DNA of 62,850 bases, counting the filler, from Squatina squatina (Eukaryota): assembly GCA_031763465.1 (NCBI GenBank). It is 4 parts of 4 records of this genome, joined end to end, with 100 filler letters (N's around TTAATTAATTAA, not from the genome) between each part and the next. Parts side by side here need not be neighbours in the genome. Positions count along the whole stretch, not along the records: positions 47,057 to 62,850 come from JARFOE010000007.1; 3 more parts are not named here. One strand, written 5' to 3'. Position 1 is the first letter of the stretch, and each line of letters starts with the position of its first letter. Of this stretch, positions 48,681 through 61,020 are shown in pieces. Position numbers and translations under genes: made by a program. Below the pieces are notes generated by a model. That model saw only the letters and a list, made by a program, of their open reading frames with translations, had not been told where the DNA came from and did not search any database.

Positions 48681-49468
48681 TGTATTATTTGCTGCGATTA
48701 CCTTCGTAACAACAATCCATCAACTTTAAAGTAATTCCATTGTACGTGAGATACTTTACAGGTATTTCTGAGATGTGATAAGGCACTATATAAATACAAG
48801 TCTTTTAGTGAACAATACCTTGGGATTATTACAGCAGTATAACAATCTTGAATAGGATGTTATCTGGGGCTGGAACGAATTGTTCCTTATATGGTCACCA
48901 ATGAATGCTCTCAGTATTAACCCCGAGAGGGAAGTAACGCTAATATGGCAGATCAGTAAGGCAATGATAANNNNNNNNNNTCAGTTACAACAGCATTAAG
49001 TGCAGTGTCTTCATGAACAGTATGCACAGGAATTCACTGCTGTAATCCCACATCTATAAATTAAAAGGAAAATGCTTGAACTAAGAATATGTAACAGTTA
49101 CAGGCAGGTAATTGCCAGGTGGCTACTGACTGTAGTTCAACTATGGATTAATGAATAGTAGTTTCTCATTTTGTTGTAATTGTGGACTGTTGAGTATTAA
49201 TGAGCCTGGAGAGTTTCTTAGAGATTGTCCTGGCAGAAGCTTTGGCAATCCATTATGTTNNNNNNNNNNNNNNNNNNNNNNNNNNNNNNNNNNNNNNNNN
49301 NNNNNNNNNNNNNNNNNNNNNNNNNNNNNNNNNNNNNNNNNNNNNNNNNNNNNNNNNNNCAGACTCCAAGCAGACCAGTGGAGTACATCAGGATGGCCTG
49401 CCCCATACCACCATTCACTTTGTACAACATTAGAGACAGGCCCAGGCTGTTAGCTCTCCAGGATCAGC

Positions 49469-49491
49469 GCAGCAGCAGCAGCAGCAGCAGC
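49469..49491. repeat. (CAG)n microsatellite
   Basis: gcagcagcagcagcagcagcagc. Confidence 0.9.
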
Positions 49492-49719
49492 ACCAGTGAT
49501 GTTATAATTTTAGCCAGGCTTCCATGTCCGTCCCAGTAACACAAATGCTGCTGCACCGATATTCAACATTCTATCTCAACTTAAAATGTCAGCGGAAAAT
49601 TCTGCCTGGTAATGAGATGCAAAAAATAATAAAATGCCTTTTCACCCAAGAAGTTGGTGTTGGTAATTTTCGAAACCAAATGTTTGTTCAAAACTCAGTA
49701 AAGTTTTATTGGAATATAT

Positions 49720-50040
49720 AGGAATAGGAGGAGGCCATTCAGCCCCTCTAGCCTTTTCCACCATTCAACTAGATCATGGATGATCTGTACCTCAACTCCA
49801 TTAACTCACCTTTGCTCTATATCCCTTGATAACTTGATCCAATAAAAGTCTGTCCATCTCAGTCTTAAAAATTTTGATTGACCCGGCAACTATAATGTTT
49901 TGGGGAGCAAGTTCCAGATTTCCACTACCCTTTGTGTGAAAAAATACTTTCTGATTTCACTCCTGAATGGCTTGACTCTAAGTTTAAGATAATGCCCTCT
50001 TGTTCTGGGTTCTCCATCAGAGGAAATAGTTATCCTGTCT
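49720..50040 (-). mobile_element. CR1 LINE 3' end
   Basis: ggaataggaggaggccattcagccc...gttccagatttccactaccctttgtgtgaaaaa. Confidence 0.75.
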
Positions 50041-52162
50041 ATTAAACTTTTAAAAATGTCTTGACCGAGTTACTGTGAGAGCTGTAAACTACAAAAAGTT
50101 GTGTAGCANNNNNNNNNNAGGAACCATTCAAATAGACTTGGATGAGATGCAGCTGAAAGCCATGGTCGATAACGAGGGTAAAGTGAATTTAATTTATTAA
50201 GCCGTTCAGGGCTAATGTGTTCAATATTTTTGACGTTTGCGTGTTGTAAATTGCGCTATGTGGATGAAAGATGTATCCCATTAAGAAGTGTTCTCCTGAG
50301 AGAGTCGCACTTGTGGCTGGCTGCAGAGCCAAATGGAAAGCTGTGTGGGGACAGGATGGGATGGAAAAGGAGAGGAAGGCATTTATATAGTGTTTTCATG
50401 ACCACCAGACGTCCCAAAGCACTTTACAGCCAATTAAGTACTTTTTGAAGTGTAATCACTTTTGTATTGTAGGAAACGTCATGTAGGTAATGTAGGTAAG
50501 ATCATCTTCCTAAAACAGCATGGCAAGGGCACACATTTATGAAGGAATGGTTACTGTGAGTGATTCCTTTCCCTAAGGATAATAACAAATCCTGATTATA
50601 TTGGAAGGTAAACTTAATTCAAAGAATAGGAACAAAGAGGCCATAGCTACAAGTAGGTTTATTCAGAATTATATAAAGGAGGTGTCCTTCAGTTCCGATA
50701 ATAGGTGCTGTATCATTATTATGTAAGTAGGTTTGTTTAAGTCACTAATGAAAACATTGGCATTGAGACCTACAGCCATAAAAAAGCATATATTACCTGT
50801 GCAAATGAACAGCTCGCTTTATTTCCCTTACAAATTATGAGCTGCTCATTTTTGTTACTTATACATCTTTGTTATGTGTTTTATTTCATTCTTAAATTTA
50901 CCAGCAGTTCCTGAATAGCAAACAGTGTTTTTCAGTCCTTTCGCAGCAAAGGCTACCCTTGAGATCTTACAATTAGTGCTGTTTCATACAAAAAAGTGTG
51001 ACACCGTGTTTTAAGGCAAGTCTAAAATACAGGGTTAGCCATGTGGAAAATATATGACAAGATGTCCCTGAAGCCCTGTTGAAGGTGGTGTTACTGCACT
51101 AACTAGTGTACCTTTAATAGCTGATAAATGTACAGAAACAGGCCTTATTAACGGAATGGCCTTGATTCAGCGAGCATGTCCCATCCTTTCATTAGACAAG
51201 GCTGCTCGAAAACTATGGTCACACTTTAGTGATTGTACTTTAGTGAAGGCAGAATACTTATTGCAAATGCTTCTGTAACATTTTATTTTCCAAGTTACAT
51301 ATGCAACGATGCTGCTTGTATTATGGAGCCTTATTTTAATTTTGTGATTGGTCATTCAGGCTTTCTTTAATGGCTAGAAGTTTCACCCTGCCTGAAGTTG
51401 CTCTGCATTTTCCTCCCTTCAATAAATCTCGTTTCACCTTGTTCAGTTGTTGCTCTGCAACCAAGCAGGTGAGATATCCCAATCAATTACATCCCGCAAA
51501 GCTGAATGAAAAAAAGTCAAAAGTAAAATAATATCCTTTGACATTATTTCTCAGCTGCTTTTTAATTATAATCCCAGATTCTGCCAGTATTAGTGCCTTG
51601 TTGATTCCTGCTACTGGCTTAACATTTTAATAAGAGCTTACAAAACACATGGGGGATGGGGATGGGGATGGGGGGAAGGGAAAGAGAAAATTCTATGAAT
51701 TGCAATAAACTCAAGAATTCATTTTGGAAATAATTACACATTTAAAAATCACTACACTGATCATGACAGGTGCAGGTAGAGAATAATTTAGGATTTTCAA
51801 GTTCTGGTTACAGAAAAAAAGATATCAATTGGAGTGGTCTGTGTACAGAGTTTCTTAAATATTTTATTAACTTGAATTGTATTTTACACAATTCACAACA
51901 CTATCCCTGGTTTCGATATGCCATTAATTCACAGCAATATTTCTAGCTTTGATACATCATTCTAACCCAATTTAAAAACAGGTTTATTGAAAAAAAAATG
52001 ATTAAAAGGCAAAAATTGCAAGAAACAAATTAGGTCAGGCAGCAACTGTTTTTCTTTCTGCCCCACCAATAATTTTAAAATTTACAATTGGATTCTGAAA
52101 GGCTAAAGTCATTACAAGAATGTTTGACTTTATTCAAATCAAGTTTTAAATATAGACACGCA

Positions 52163-52163
52163 C

Positions 52164-52196
<33 letters not shown>

Positions 52197-52235
52197 TACA
52201 CATATATTTGTGTGCATGCATGCATACATATATAT
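52163..52235. repeat. (TA)n/(CA)n compound microsatellite
   Basis: Directly visible; lies in the first intron after the GDI coding exon. Confidence 0.9.
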
Positions 52236-52393
52236 AAAACAAACTCTGCAATATTCTTGTGCTGTTTTATGCAAGTCAGATAATATGGATGAGTCTAGCC
52301 GATAAGACATTGCAATTCTCCTTTCATCTCCTCCACCCATCCATATCAAATATTAATAGAAGAGGTTAATTTTAATTATTGACAAAAGCTCAC

Positions 52394-52438
52394 CTTCAAT
52401 CCAGTCCCCAGGACAATCACATCATATTCTTCATCCAT
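52394..52438 (-). CDS. First coding exon of a Rab GDP-dissociation inhibitor (GDI1/GDI2 family; paralog unresolved)
   Basis: ATG GAT GAA GAA TAT GAT GTG ATT GTC CTG GGG ACT GGA TTG AAG|gtgagc encodes MDEEYDVIVLGTGLK, a 45-nt phase-0 exon as in GDI genes. No later exons found, probably because of gaps. Confidence 0.92.
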
Positions 52439-52549
52439 AGTTGTTGCTCTTGTGACACAGTAGTGTTTAGGTGTTCACGTATTGTTAAAATGCTGCTATT
52501 TATTGAGGGAGCTGGGCTGAGCCTTTCCCCCAGGTTGGAGCCGATCAGT

Positions 52550-52935
52550 ACAGTCCGCGGCACTCCCTCGCCAGCACAGTATCAATCCGCCGTTACAAAA
52601 TAGCGTGCACCGTAAAAAAAAAACACAGGAGACAGTGTCCTCAAATCTCAAAATCAACGACACTGCCTCTTAATATCCATTCAAATATTAAGCAATGGCT
52701 TGCAACGGTCGAGATCGTAAACAAAACGAGTGGCCCAGGAATACCTTTCTTACTCCACCTGTGCACTGGAGAAAGTAGTGCCAACATGTCCTCCATCAAC
52801 TGCCAAAAGGCGGCCGAGAGCTGGCACTGCGCATGCCCGGGCCGCGCGGGATTTCTGGGAGTTGTAGTCCGCCGAGGGGTCGGATTCTGCGCACGGGGCT
52901 TGCCCCCACAATGTAGCATGGGAGATGTAGTCCCA
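52550..52935 (-). promoter_or_regulatory. CpG-island housekeeping promoter with two ZNF143/THAP11-type motifs and an NRF1-like site
   Basis: GGACTACAACTCCCAGAA (52853-52870, minus), GGACTACATCTCCCATGC (52916-52933, minus) and TGCGCATGCC (52828-52837). CpG-rich and directly upstream of the GDI exon. Confidence 0.8.
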
Positions 52936-52970
52936 ACTGTTCTGTTTGAAAGTCCATCTATTGTGGCATG

Positions 52971-53410
52971 AAAGAAAGACTTGCACTTCTGTAGTGCCTT
53001 TCACGACCACCAGATCTCTCAAAGCGCTTTACAGCCAATTAAGTACTTTTATTTGAAGCGTTGTCACTGTTGTAATGTGGGAAACACAGCAGCCAATTTG
53101 CGCACAGCAAGATCCCACAAACAGCAATGCGATAATGACCAGATAATCTGTTTTTGTTATGTTGATTGAGGGATAAATATTGGGCAGAATACCAGGGATA
53201 ACTCATCTGATCTTCTTCAAAATAGTGCCATGGGATCTTTTACATCCACCTGAGAGAGCAGATGGGGCCTCAGTTTAACGTCTCATCCCAAAGACGGCAT
53301 CTCCGACAGTGCAGCATTCCCTCAATACTGACACTGGGAGTGTCAACCTAAATTTTTCTGCTCAACCGTCTGGAGTGGGACTTGAACCCACAACCTTCTG
53401 ACTCAGACGG
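52971..53410 (-). mobile_element. SacSINE1/DeuSINE-like SINE, near full length and well preserved
   Basis: Tail aaagacttgcac..., core, and B-box (gggacttgaaccc on +) are all present. Confidence 0.85.
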
Positions 53411-55144
53411 TTCGGGAGAATTTAAACTAGAATGGCAGGGGGATGGGAACCTAAGCAGGGGGACAAGGGAGAGAGAGAAACAAGGACAGAAATGAAAGAA
53501 AGAGCAGTAGAACGCAAAAGCGAAAGGCAGGGACATCAAGGGCGAGAGGCAAATAGGGCCACAGAACAAAAAAAGTTATTAAAAATGGCAAAAAGGCAAG
53601 CCTAAGNNNNNNNNNNNNNNNNNNNNNNNNNNNNNNNNNNNNNNNNNNNNNNNNNNNNNNNNNNNNNNNNNNNNNNNNNNNNNNNNNNNNNNNNNNNNNN
53701 NNNNNNACGTAAGCTGAGTGACTGACTGAATTAACCCCTTCCTGCCTAATCATCAAAGACCAAGTCAGGTAGCAATTGCTTACTAACTTCAGGATCATAA
53801 TTAGAAACACCTAACCTTAAGTATTGAGTATTCAGATCATTAGTAGATAATTGAATAAATGAAAAGCAGGTTGTCAAAGCAGACCAGTTGTGTCACAGTA
53901 GTTCAGCATAAACTGGTTTGTTGATTAGCGATTATAGTTGAGTTCAGTGTGTGTGATTAATAACCTGATGAGATTGCTTTTCTTTAGATAGCTTATCGGT
54001 TACCAGCATTAGATAGCCAGGCTGTTGTATAGATTGGTGTCAGTGGTATTTGGTATTTAGCAGTGTTTCCAGAACTTGTACAAACTTGTCCTTAACAGTG
54101 GTTCTGAAGCACCTCAGCTCTTACAGTTTATTACTTGAACCACTGAATTTAGATGCTGGTCTTGACATCACTCCCAGATAGCCAACACTGTTTAATGAAG
54201 GTCTACTTGCAGGCTGTCCAAGTTTGTAACTGTGAGTTGACAGATGTGTGTCATGGAGCACGGGGGCCACGTGTAAAGTTTAAACCCGTTAATTTGGATA
54301 TTTCTCCAGTTGGTGTTAATGAAGCTTGGGTTTTCTGATTGATGTTTTATCTATCCATGGGGCCCCAGCACTGAAAACTGTCCTTTCCAACCCTCTAGAG
54401 CCAGGGAATTCAAACCGGGCGCACAGTAAATAAAACAAGGCAGGTCTCAGTCGGACTCGGTTGTTGGGCTTTAAGGACTTAGTTGCTGGGTTATGAGGTG
54501 CAGGCTGAGTGTGGGTCAAGTGCCACAGATTGGACACCCCTGGGCAGGACATGGGCAGGAAACATTTTAATTGTCTACAATAGCTCTTCATTGATAAAAT
54601 ACTAATCAGTTAAAATATTCTTTCAATCATTTTGCACTTCCCACTTTTGCAGAAAAAGATAGATGAACAAAACAACAATTGTACGCGAGAAGGGAAAAAT
54701 AAATTGGTGCGAATCTAATGAAACAAAAGTAATTCAAAGATAACATGATGTAATGCAATATAACATTGTACAATACAGCAATGCGATGACCCACAACCTC
54801 AGTCACTGCAAACTCTCAGCAATTACGTGACATTTAAGTAAGTAATCTGCTGTCAACGCAATCCTTAAGACATAAAACCCAAGAGTCATGTGGGTCAATG
54901 GGTTCACATTTCTGTTTAGCCAGAGAGTGCTTTATATAGAATAACAAATAGCTGGAAGGGGGTTACAAGGCTGTAACTTAATGGTGGAGTCCCAATAACA
55001 TCGTAAATTACAGGTTTGTAGGCATCATCTCAACCGTAACAATATATTATGGTTAGAGCATCCTCGACTAATTTAACGTCATTATGCAGACTCCTTTTTT
55101 TGATTAGATTGGGTTTAACTTGTAACTTGCCACAAATCTTCTTC

Positions 55145-55347
55145 TTAGTCAGTCCCTCAGGTGCGAGGATGACTTGCTTCCACTCCGGAGTTGTGGGTTC
55201 TGAGGTGGCTGAAAAGTCCAATGCGGGATCCTCAAACACGACCACAGGTGGGGCAGGTGGTATTTGATAGGTGAGTGGATGGGATGTTCGTGTTTCTGCA
55301 CGCTCCTTCTGCTGCCTGCTCTTGGCCTCCACATGCTCGAAGCCTTC
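55145..55347 (-). mobile_element. RTE-clade LINE 3' end
   Basis: Minus strand gives TTCPTCGRV..SRIGLFSHLRTH, plus WRSIHEG.EHVE upstream. Same family as 6409-6488. Confidence 0.7.
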
Positions 55348-57649
55348 ATGGATGCTTCTCCACCATTNNNNNNNNNNNNNNNNNNNNNNNNNNNNNNNNN
55401 NNNNNNNNNNNNNNNNNNNNNNNNNNNNNNNNNNNNNNNNNNNNNNNNNNNNNNNNNNNNNNNNNNNATGAAGCAATTTAGACCTAGAAATTCAATTGCA
55501 TTGCGTCCATTTTTTTGCCCGTAAAATAGGCAACATAGTGGTCAATATGGCGTGCAGCATGTGCGTGTTAAGTCACACCGGAGATGTGTCACACGCCATA
55601 TTGGTTAGGGCTCCCTGTAGTTATCTGCTTGAAATTGCCTAAGCAAATTGGTGACCTGTTTCAGGTCCCTTTCTGAAATTCGTTGGCGACTAACCGTAGC
55701 ATTGGACGTGTCACACTTTGGAACGTTCTGATGACATGAGAGACGCTGAATATAATTGAAGGTTTGTTCTTTTGTTCAAGCTCTTAAAGCACTAGTTTTT
55801 TGTCACATAATCGGTACTTTCTGATTTACCATTATTTAAAGAATAGCAGTGGTGTTCTCCCTGTCCAATATTTATTCCTTAAACAAAATCACTAAAAACA
55901 GATTATTTGCTCATTCATCTCATTGTGGGACTTTGCTGTGTGCAAAATGACTGCCACATTTATCTATCTTACAACAGTGACTATACTTCAACAGTACTTC
56001 ATTGGCTGCAAAGCATTTTTAGACATCCGGTGGTTATCCAAATCGGAGCAGTCAGCATCTCTAGGGAGAAAATCCAGGGTAACATTCTGAATATGAGATG
56101 CTTTCATGTTAAGCTTTCTTTACAGATGCTAACTGACCTATGTGTTTTAGAGTATTTTCCATTTTGGATTTCCAGCACTTGCAATTTTTTATAAATGTTG
56201 CAGAAAAAGTGTTTTATTTGTTTTTTTTTTAAATTAAGCAGGAAGCTATAAGCAATGTCATATCACAGAGCGTAACAATTAGAGCCTAGTGGACATGGTG
56301 TTGTGTGTTTTCTGTAATGAGCAACAAGCAGTGGACAGTCTTCATATGGCTAAATTTGTGTGATTTACTAAATTAATGGAACCTTCTGAATTCCTTAGGG
56401 CTCATGTTTAAATAAAGTTGACTCTGACAAAACCTGTAGGAAGCACGCTCGATCTGCAGTCTCTGAGAGACCTCTGCCGATGAAACATCTGCTCAGGCAC
56501 AGGAGAGACATTGCAGCAAACACCACCCTTTTTATTCCATCAGAAGTAACATTGCCAACATTCACTGGGATGTACTCATTGTAATTAAAAGGATTCTCTG
56601 CATCAATGAGGGTTTTATTTAATTAAAGATGACCTCGCCTGCATTTCTTGTGCAGCAGTTTGCGAACAGTTTTCAGGTTTTTCAACAGTTTCTGAGCTGA
56701 TTATGTCAGGCATGTCCTGAAGGATGATGAAAAGTGCAGCTTCCAACCATTAGGTGTCAGAGTGAATTCAGCCTTTACCGAAAACAAAGNNNNNNNNNNN
56801 NNNNNNNNNNNNNNNNNNNNNNNNNNNNNNNNNNNNNNNNNNNNNNNNNNNNNNNNNNNNNNNNNNNNNNNNNNNNNNNNNNNNNNNNNCAAGACCTGAA
56901 TGTAAGATCATAGCAAGGAGAAAAAGCCATTCGTTCCATGTAACCCATTTTGCTCTCTAGGTCTTTAGTGCATCATTTTTCTGAGGGGGGTGCTCCTCAG
57001 GTTGCAGACTGTCACAGTAAATAACAGGTTATTTCCATTACAAAACTGGCTGGATAAAGTCACAGCTTTTACATCAAGAGATGAAGCTGCAATTAGCAAA
57101 ACCCTTGAAACATAAATTATTATTAACAAACTTCTTAAAAGACCAAAGGAAGCTTTATTGATGACAGTTTGTGAATTATTTTAATTAGGCTACAGAAGGA
57201 GTTTATTGTGGCTTTAACAATTAGGCATTCAAGCTGTTCAAATAATTTCCAAATGCCAAGCTGTTATTGAAGCCAATTAAGAAAGACAATGTCCGATTCC
57301 ATTAGTTTTTTGAACCAACCAGTCATTTTCTGCCTCTACTGTCACCACACTTTACTTTTGTCTTTCATGAAATATGCGACCATGTGGACATGTGCAGTCA
57401 GAAAGGCCAAACTCCTCTGCATATGGTTAATGTCAATTCTATAATTTGGGCCTTTGACTTAGATGATGGGGTTGCAAGGCAAATAATATCATGATCTCAG
57501 TCTACCTCTTTCACCATTGAAGACTTTCCTTCACATCAAATCCAAGGAAAAGGGAGAACAAAGTGTTTTCTTATCTACTGCAGGTTTAAGTATCATTAAT
57601 AGAATATNNNNNNNNNNGGTTGCCCTAAAATGATCAACTATTTTAGAAG

Positions 57650-58055
57650 CATAGAATTATACAGCACAGGAGGCCATTTGGCCCATCGTGCCTGTGCCGG
57701 CTCTTTGAGCTATCCAATTAATCCCACTTCTCTGCTCTTTCCCCATAGCCCTGTAATTTTTTTCATCTACAAGTGTTTCACCAATTCCTTTTGAAAGTTA
57801 CTACTGAATCTGCTTCCACCACCCTTTCAGGAGGTGCATTCCAAACCATAACAACACATAGCGTAATTTTTTTTCCTCATGTTCTCTCTGGTTCTTTTGC
57901 CAATTACCTTTAGTCTGTGTCCTTTGGTTGACAATCCTATTGCCACTACAAACAGTTTATCCTTATTTACTCTATCAAAACCAGTCATGATTTTGAACAC
58001 TTCATTGCTGCTTCGCTAGTCTCTCCAGTTAACTGAAGTCCCGCATCTCTGGTGC
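57650..58055 (-). mobile_element. CR1 LINE 3' end
   Basis: catagaattatacagcacaggaggccatttggcccatcg...gaatctgcttccaccaccctttcagg. Confidence 0.75.
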
Positions 58056-59135
58056 CAGGCGTCCTGTAGGCACCCTTGGGATGCAGGACGTTGGTCCCTG
58101 AAATTAGCCCTCATTGCACCCACTTTATGCCAACAAAAACTGGCTTAACAAAGTAAAATTGAGGCCAATGTTGAGTCTCCTGTGGCTGAACCCATCCAGG
58201 TATCTGGTGAGTGTTCCCTCACATCACTGACTTGAGCGCTGTAGATGATGGGGAGGGCTCAGGACTAGGTGGTGAGCCAGTCATTACCGAGTACCCAGCC
58301 TTTTGCCTGTTCTTGCAGCTAGGGTGTTGATATAGCTGGTTCAGTTAAGCTTCTGCTTAATGGTGGCCCTCAACTGCAGATGGCAATTTTGTGCCAATAC
58401 ATAGCCCTAAGCAAGTGACAGTGGGAACGTCCTCAGAAAGCCAAAGTATTTACAGCATCAAAGACCTCTGACACTAACAAAGGTACAACAGCTTTCGTTG
58501 CAGATTAAGGTAGCCTGCTTCTCTATCCCCTGTCGACCTACAATGAGATATACAGCCATTGGACAAATGCTACACCTTCAAATAGGCTAGGACTTAGGAG
58601 GGCACATCCAAAACTGGCACAGAGATGACCAAACCTGGGAACAAAATACATTAAACCCTTGCAGCAACAGCATGGTAAAAATTAATAAAACTGATTACTG
58701 TTACTATATTTTGCAGTCAGTCATTTAATTTGCAAAAAGAGTCAATTATCCAAATGCTAAACAAAACATATGCAAAAAGGAACAGTGTCCCATTGCATTG
58801 CTCACTGGAAGCACTGGAGTTGAGGCCCTCACATGCTTGTCTCCATAGCTCCACTGGCTGTACCTCTGCTAGTCTTTTCCTCCTTAATTGAGCAGTACCT
58901 GGCAAATGGCTGGTTCCTGAGGTGTCTCCTGTGGGTGTTGGAACGTGTCTTTGACATAAAAGTTGAGGGCAATGGTGGACCAGATGCCATAATTCAGTTG
59001 CAACATCCTTGGTGAGCCAGAGGGCTCAGAAGCACNNNNNNNNNNNNNNNNNNNNNNNNNNNNNNNNNNNNNNNNNNNNNNNNNNNNNNNNNNNNNNNNN
59101 NNNNNNNNNNNNNNNNNNNNNNNNNNNNNNNNNNN

Positions 59136-59457
59136 AGCCGAGGCTGACTGGAGCAAGAATGAGCAGCTGATGGCCGGCGTGGGGGAAGACTAAGAGAGCC
59201 GTCCACGCTCGGTGTCGGTGTCGAACCTGTCATTGAACCTCGTATGTGCATGAATGAGCAAGTCAGTCAGTAGATGCACTCGCGTGGCTGCCGCCTGCCT
59301 CTTAATACTGTTTGGCTGTCTGCTGGCACTCACTCAAGCCGCTTATCAGTTAAAATTTTTAGGTTAACTTTTGATACCCATTGTATAAGCCAACCCCTAA
59401 ATTATACGTCTAAAATTCGGGTCCAAATTCTCGACTTCTACACCGGGATCTACGGTA
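59136..59457. mobile_element. Terminus of a Tc1/mariner (pogo/Tc2-like) DNA transposon
   Basis: Ends in ctcgacttctacaccgggatctacgg-ta with an internal gtataagccaacccc, resembling TACCGTAxATACxCGxGTATAAGxCGA-type TIRs with a TA target. The other end would lie in the gap. Confidence 0.5.
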
Positions 59458-59519
59458 ATCTATTTTGAGAATAAAGTAATTGGCGCATGGTAGGGATTTA
59501 TTGTATGCATCTTTTAAAG

Positions 59520-59675
59520 TTGAAAGGGTGGTAGAGGCAGACTCAATCATGGCTTTCAAAAGGGAATTGGATAAGTACCTGAAGGAAAGAAACTTGCAGG
59601 GCAGGGGAGTGCGACTAGCTGAAGTCTCCATTCAGACAGTGGCCTCCTTCTGTGCTGAAACCATTCTATGATTCA
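59520..59675 (+). mobile_element. CR1 LINE 3' end
   Basis: RVVEADSIMAFKRELDKYLKERNLQG followed by the ...ccattctatgattc tail. Confidence 0.8.
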
Positions 59676-60769
59676 AAGCCTTAATTGATTTGGAAAAGAA
59701 TGCTGCTAATTCTTAATATAGGCACCAGTTCCCCAAAATATCCTCATCGGGAATCTTGAAATCTCTGAAAAATTTATTGGTGATGTTCATTTTCCTTTAT
59801 TTATTCAGACGGCAAAGAAAATATTTAAAAATATATAAATTTGCAACAAATCCACTGCTTAATTCATTTAAAGGCCTGCACATAAATAATAGATGCTTCA
59901 TGTGGGAATAAAATCAATCTCAATGGATTTACTTTACTTGAGACACCTTCACTACAATGAAAAGGCATATAAAAGAAATAAAAGGTGTGTGGGTTAACTG
60001 TTAATATTTTTTTGAATTTATTCTATATAGGCCAACACCGGAGATAATGCCTCAATAAAACTATCTACAAGGTGTTTCAGATTCTTTTTTCTTCCTTCCG
60101 TCATTAATCATTGTTACACTAGGAGCTACAGCATGGGACAAACACATTTTAAATAGAAGTCATTTGCTTCTCAGCAGGACACACAACAGTTTTTTTTCCC
60201 TCATTTAATCAAAGCAACCTTCCAACAATCCTATTTCATGCAGCTCTCTCCTTTAATGCCCTGCCCATGGTAAAGCCCTTTCCTGTTCAAAGTGTGGATG
60301 GATCTAATTTGCTACCTGGTGAGGGAGGTGTGTTCTTTAATTGAAGGGGTCACTTGATACAGAATCATTGCTTCCTCTGGGCTTTTGGTCAGGCTCCATG
60401 GCAATCCGCTCCAAAGGAAATCCCTAACTCATTAAAAAAAAGAATAGATTAATTGACACAGTTCTATAACAAAATGCCCCAGGACTACATAAACTTTGCA
60501 ATAGTTCATTCCAATTAGACTTAAGCTCAGCATGATAAGCACAAGCTAACCACATAATCTTTATTCCATAGGTCTAGGGAAAAAAACGTTTTCTCTTTAT
60601 TACCGTTGGTGCTGACACAAGGAAGTTGCNNNNNNNNNNNNNNNNNNNNNNNNNNNNNNNNNNNNNNNNNNNNNNNNNNNNNNNNNNNNNNNNNNNNNNN
60701 NNNNNNNNNNNNNNNNNNNNNNNNNNNNNGCCCAAGAAATACAATTGTAGGTGATAACACAATGGATAA

Positions 60770-61020
60770 TAAGTGAATGGTAGACTTACTAAATGAATAT
60801 TTTGCATTCATTTTCACAATAGAAGAGGCCAAAACACCAGCAGTACAAGACAACCTAAAAATAAGTCATGGAGAGGCGCTTATTGGATTTGATATAGGTT
60901 TTTAAAATGGTAATGGAGAAAATAATGGGTTTTAAGATAGATAAATCTTCAGGATCTGATGGCATCCACCCTAAGGTATTAAAAGAAACAGGTGGAGAAA
61001 CTGTGGTTGCGATCGTCAAA
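60770..61020 (+). mobile_element. CR1 LINE ORF2 internal fragment
   Basis: LLNEYFAFIFTIEE...LKIDKSSGSDGIHPKVLKE corresponds to CR1 LNxYFxSVFT...KSPGPDGIHPRVLKE. Confidence 0.8.

Noticed and set aside
54490-54545. hAT-MITE-like end (CAGGGGTGTCCAA on the minus strand)
   Set aside because: No matching second TIR or target duplication found.
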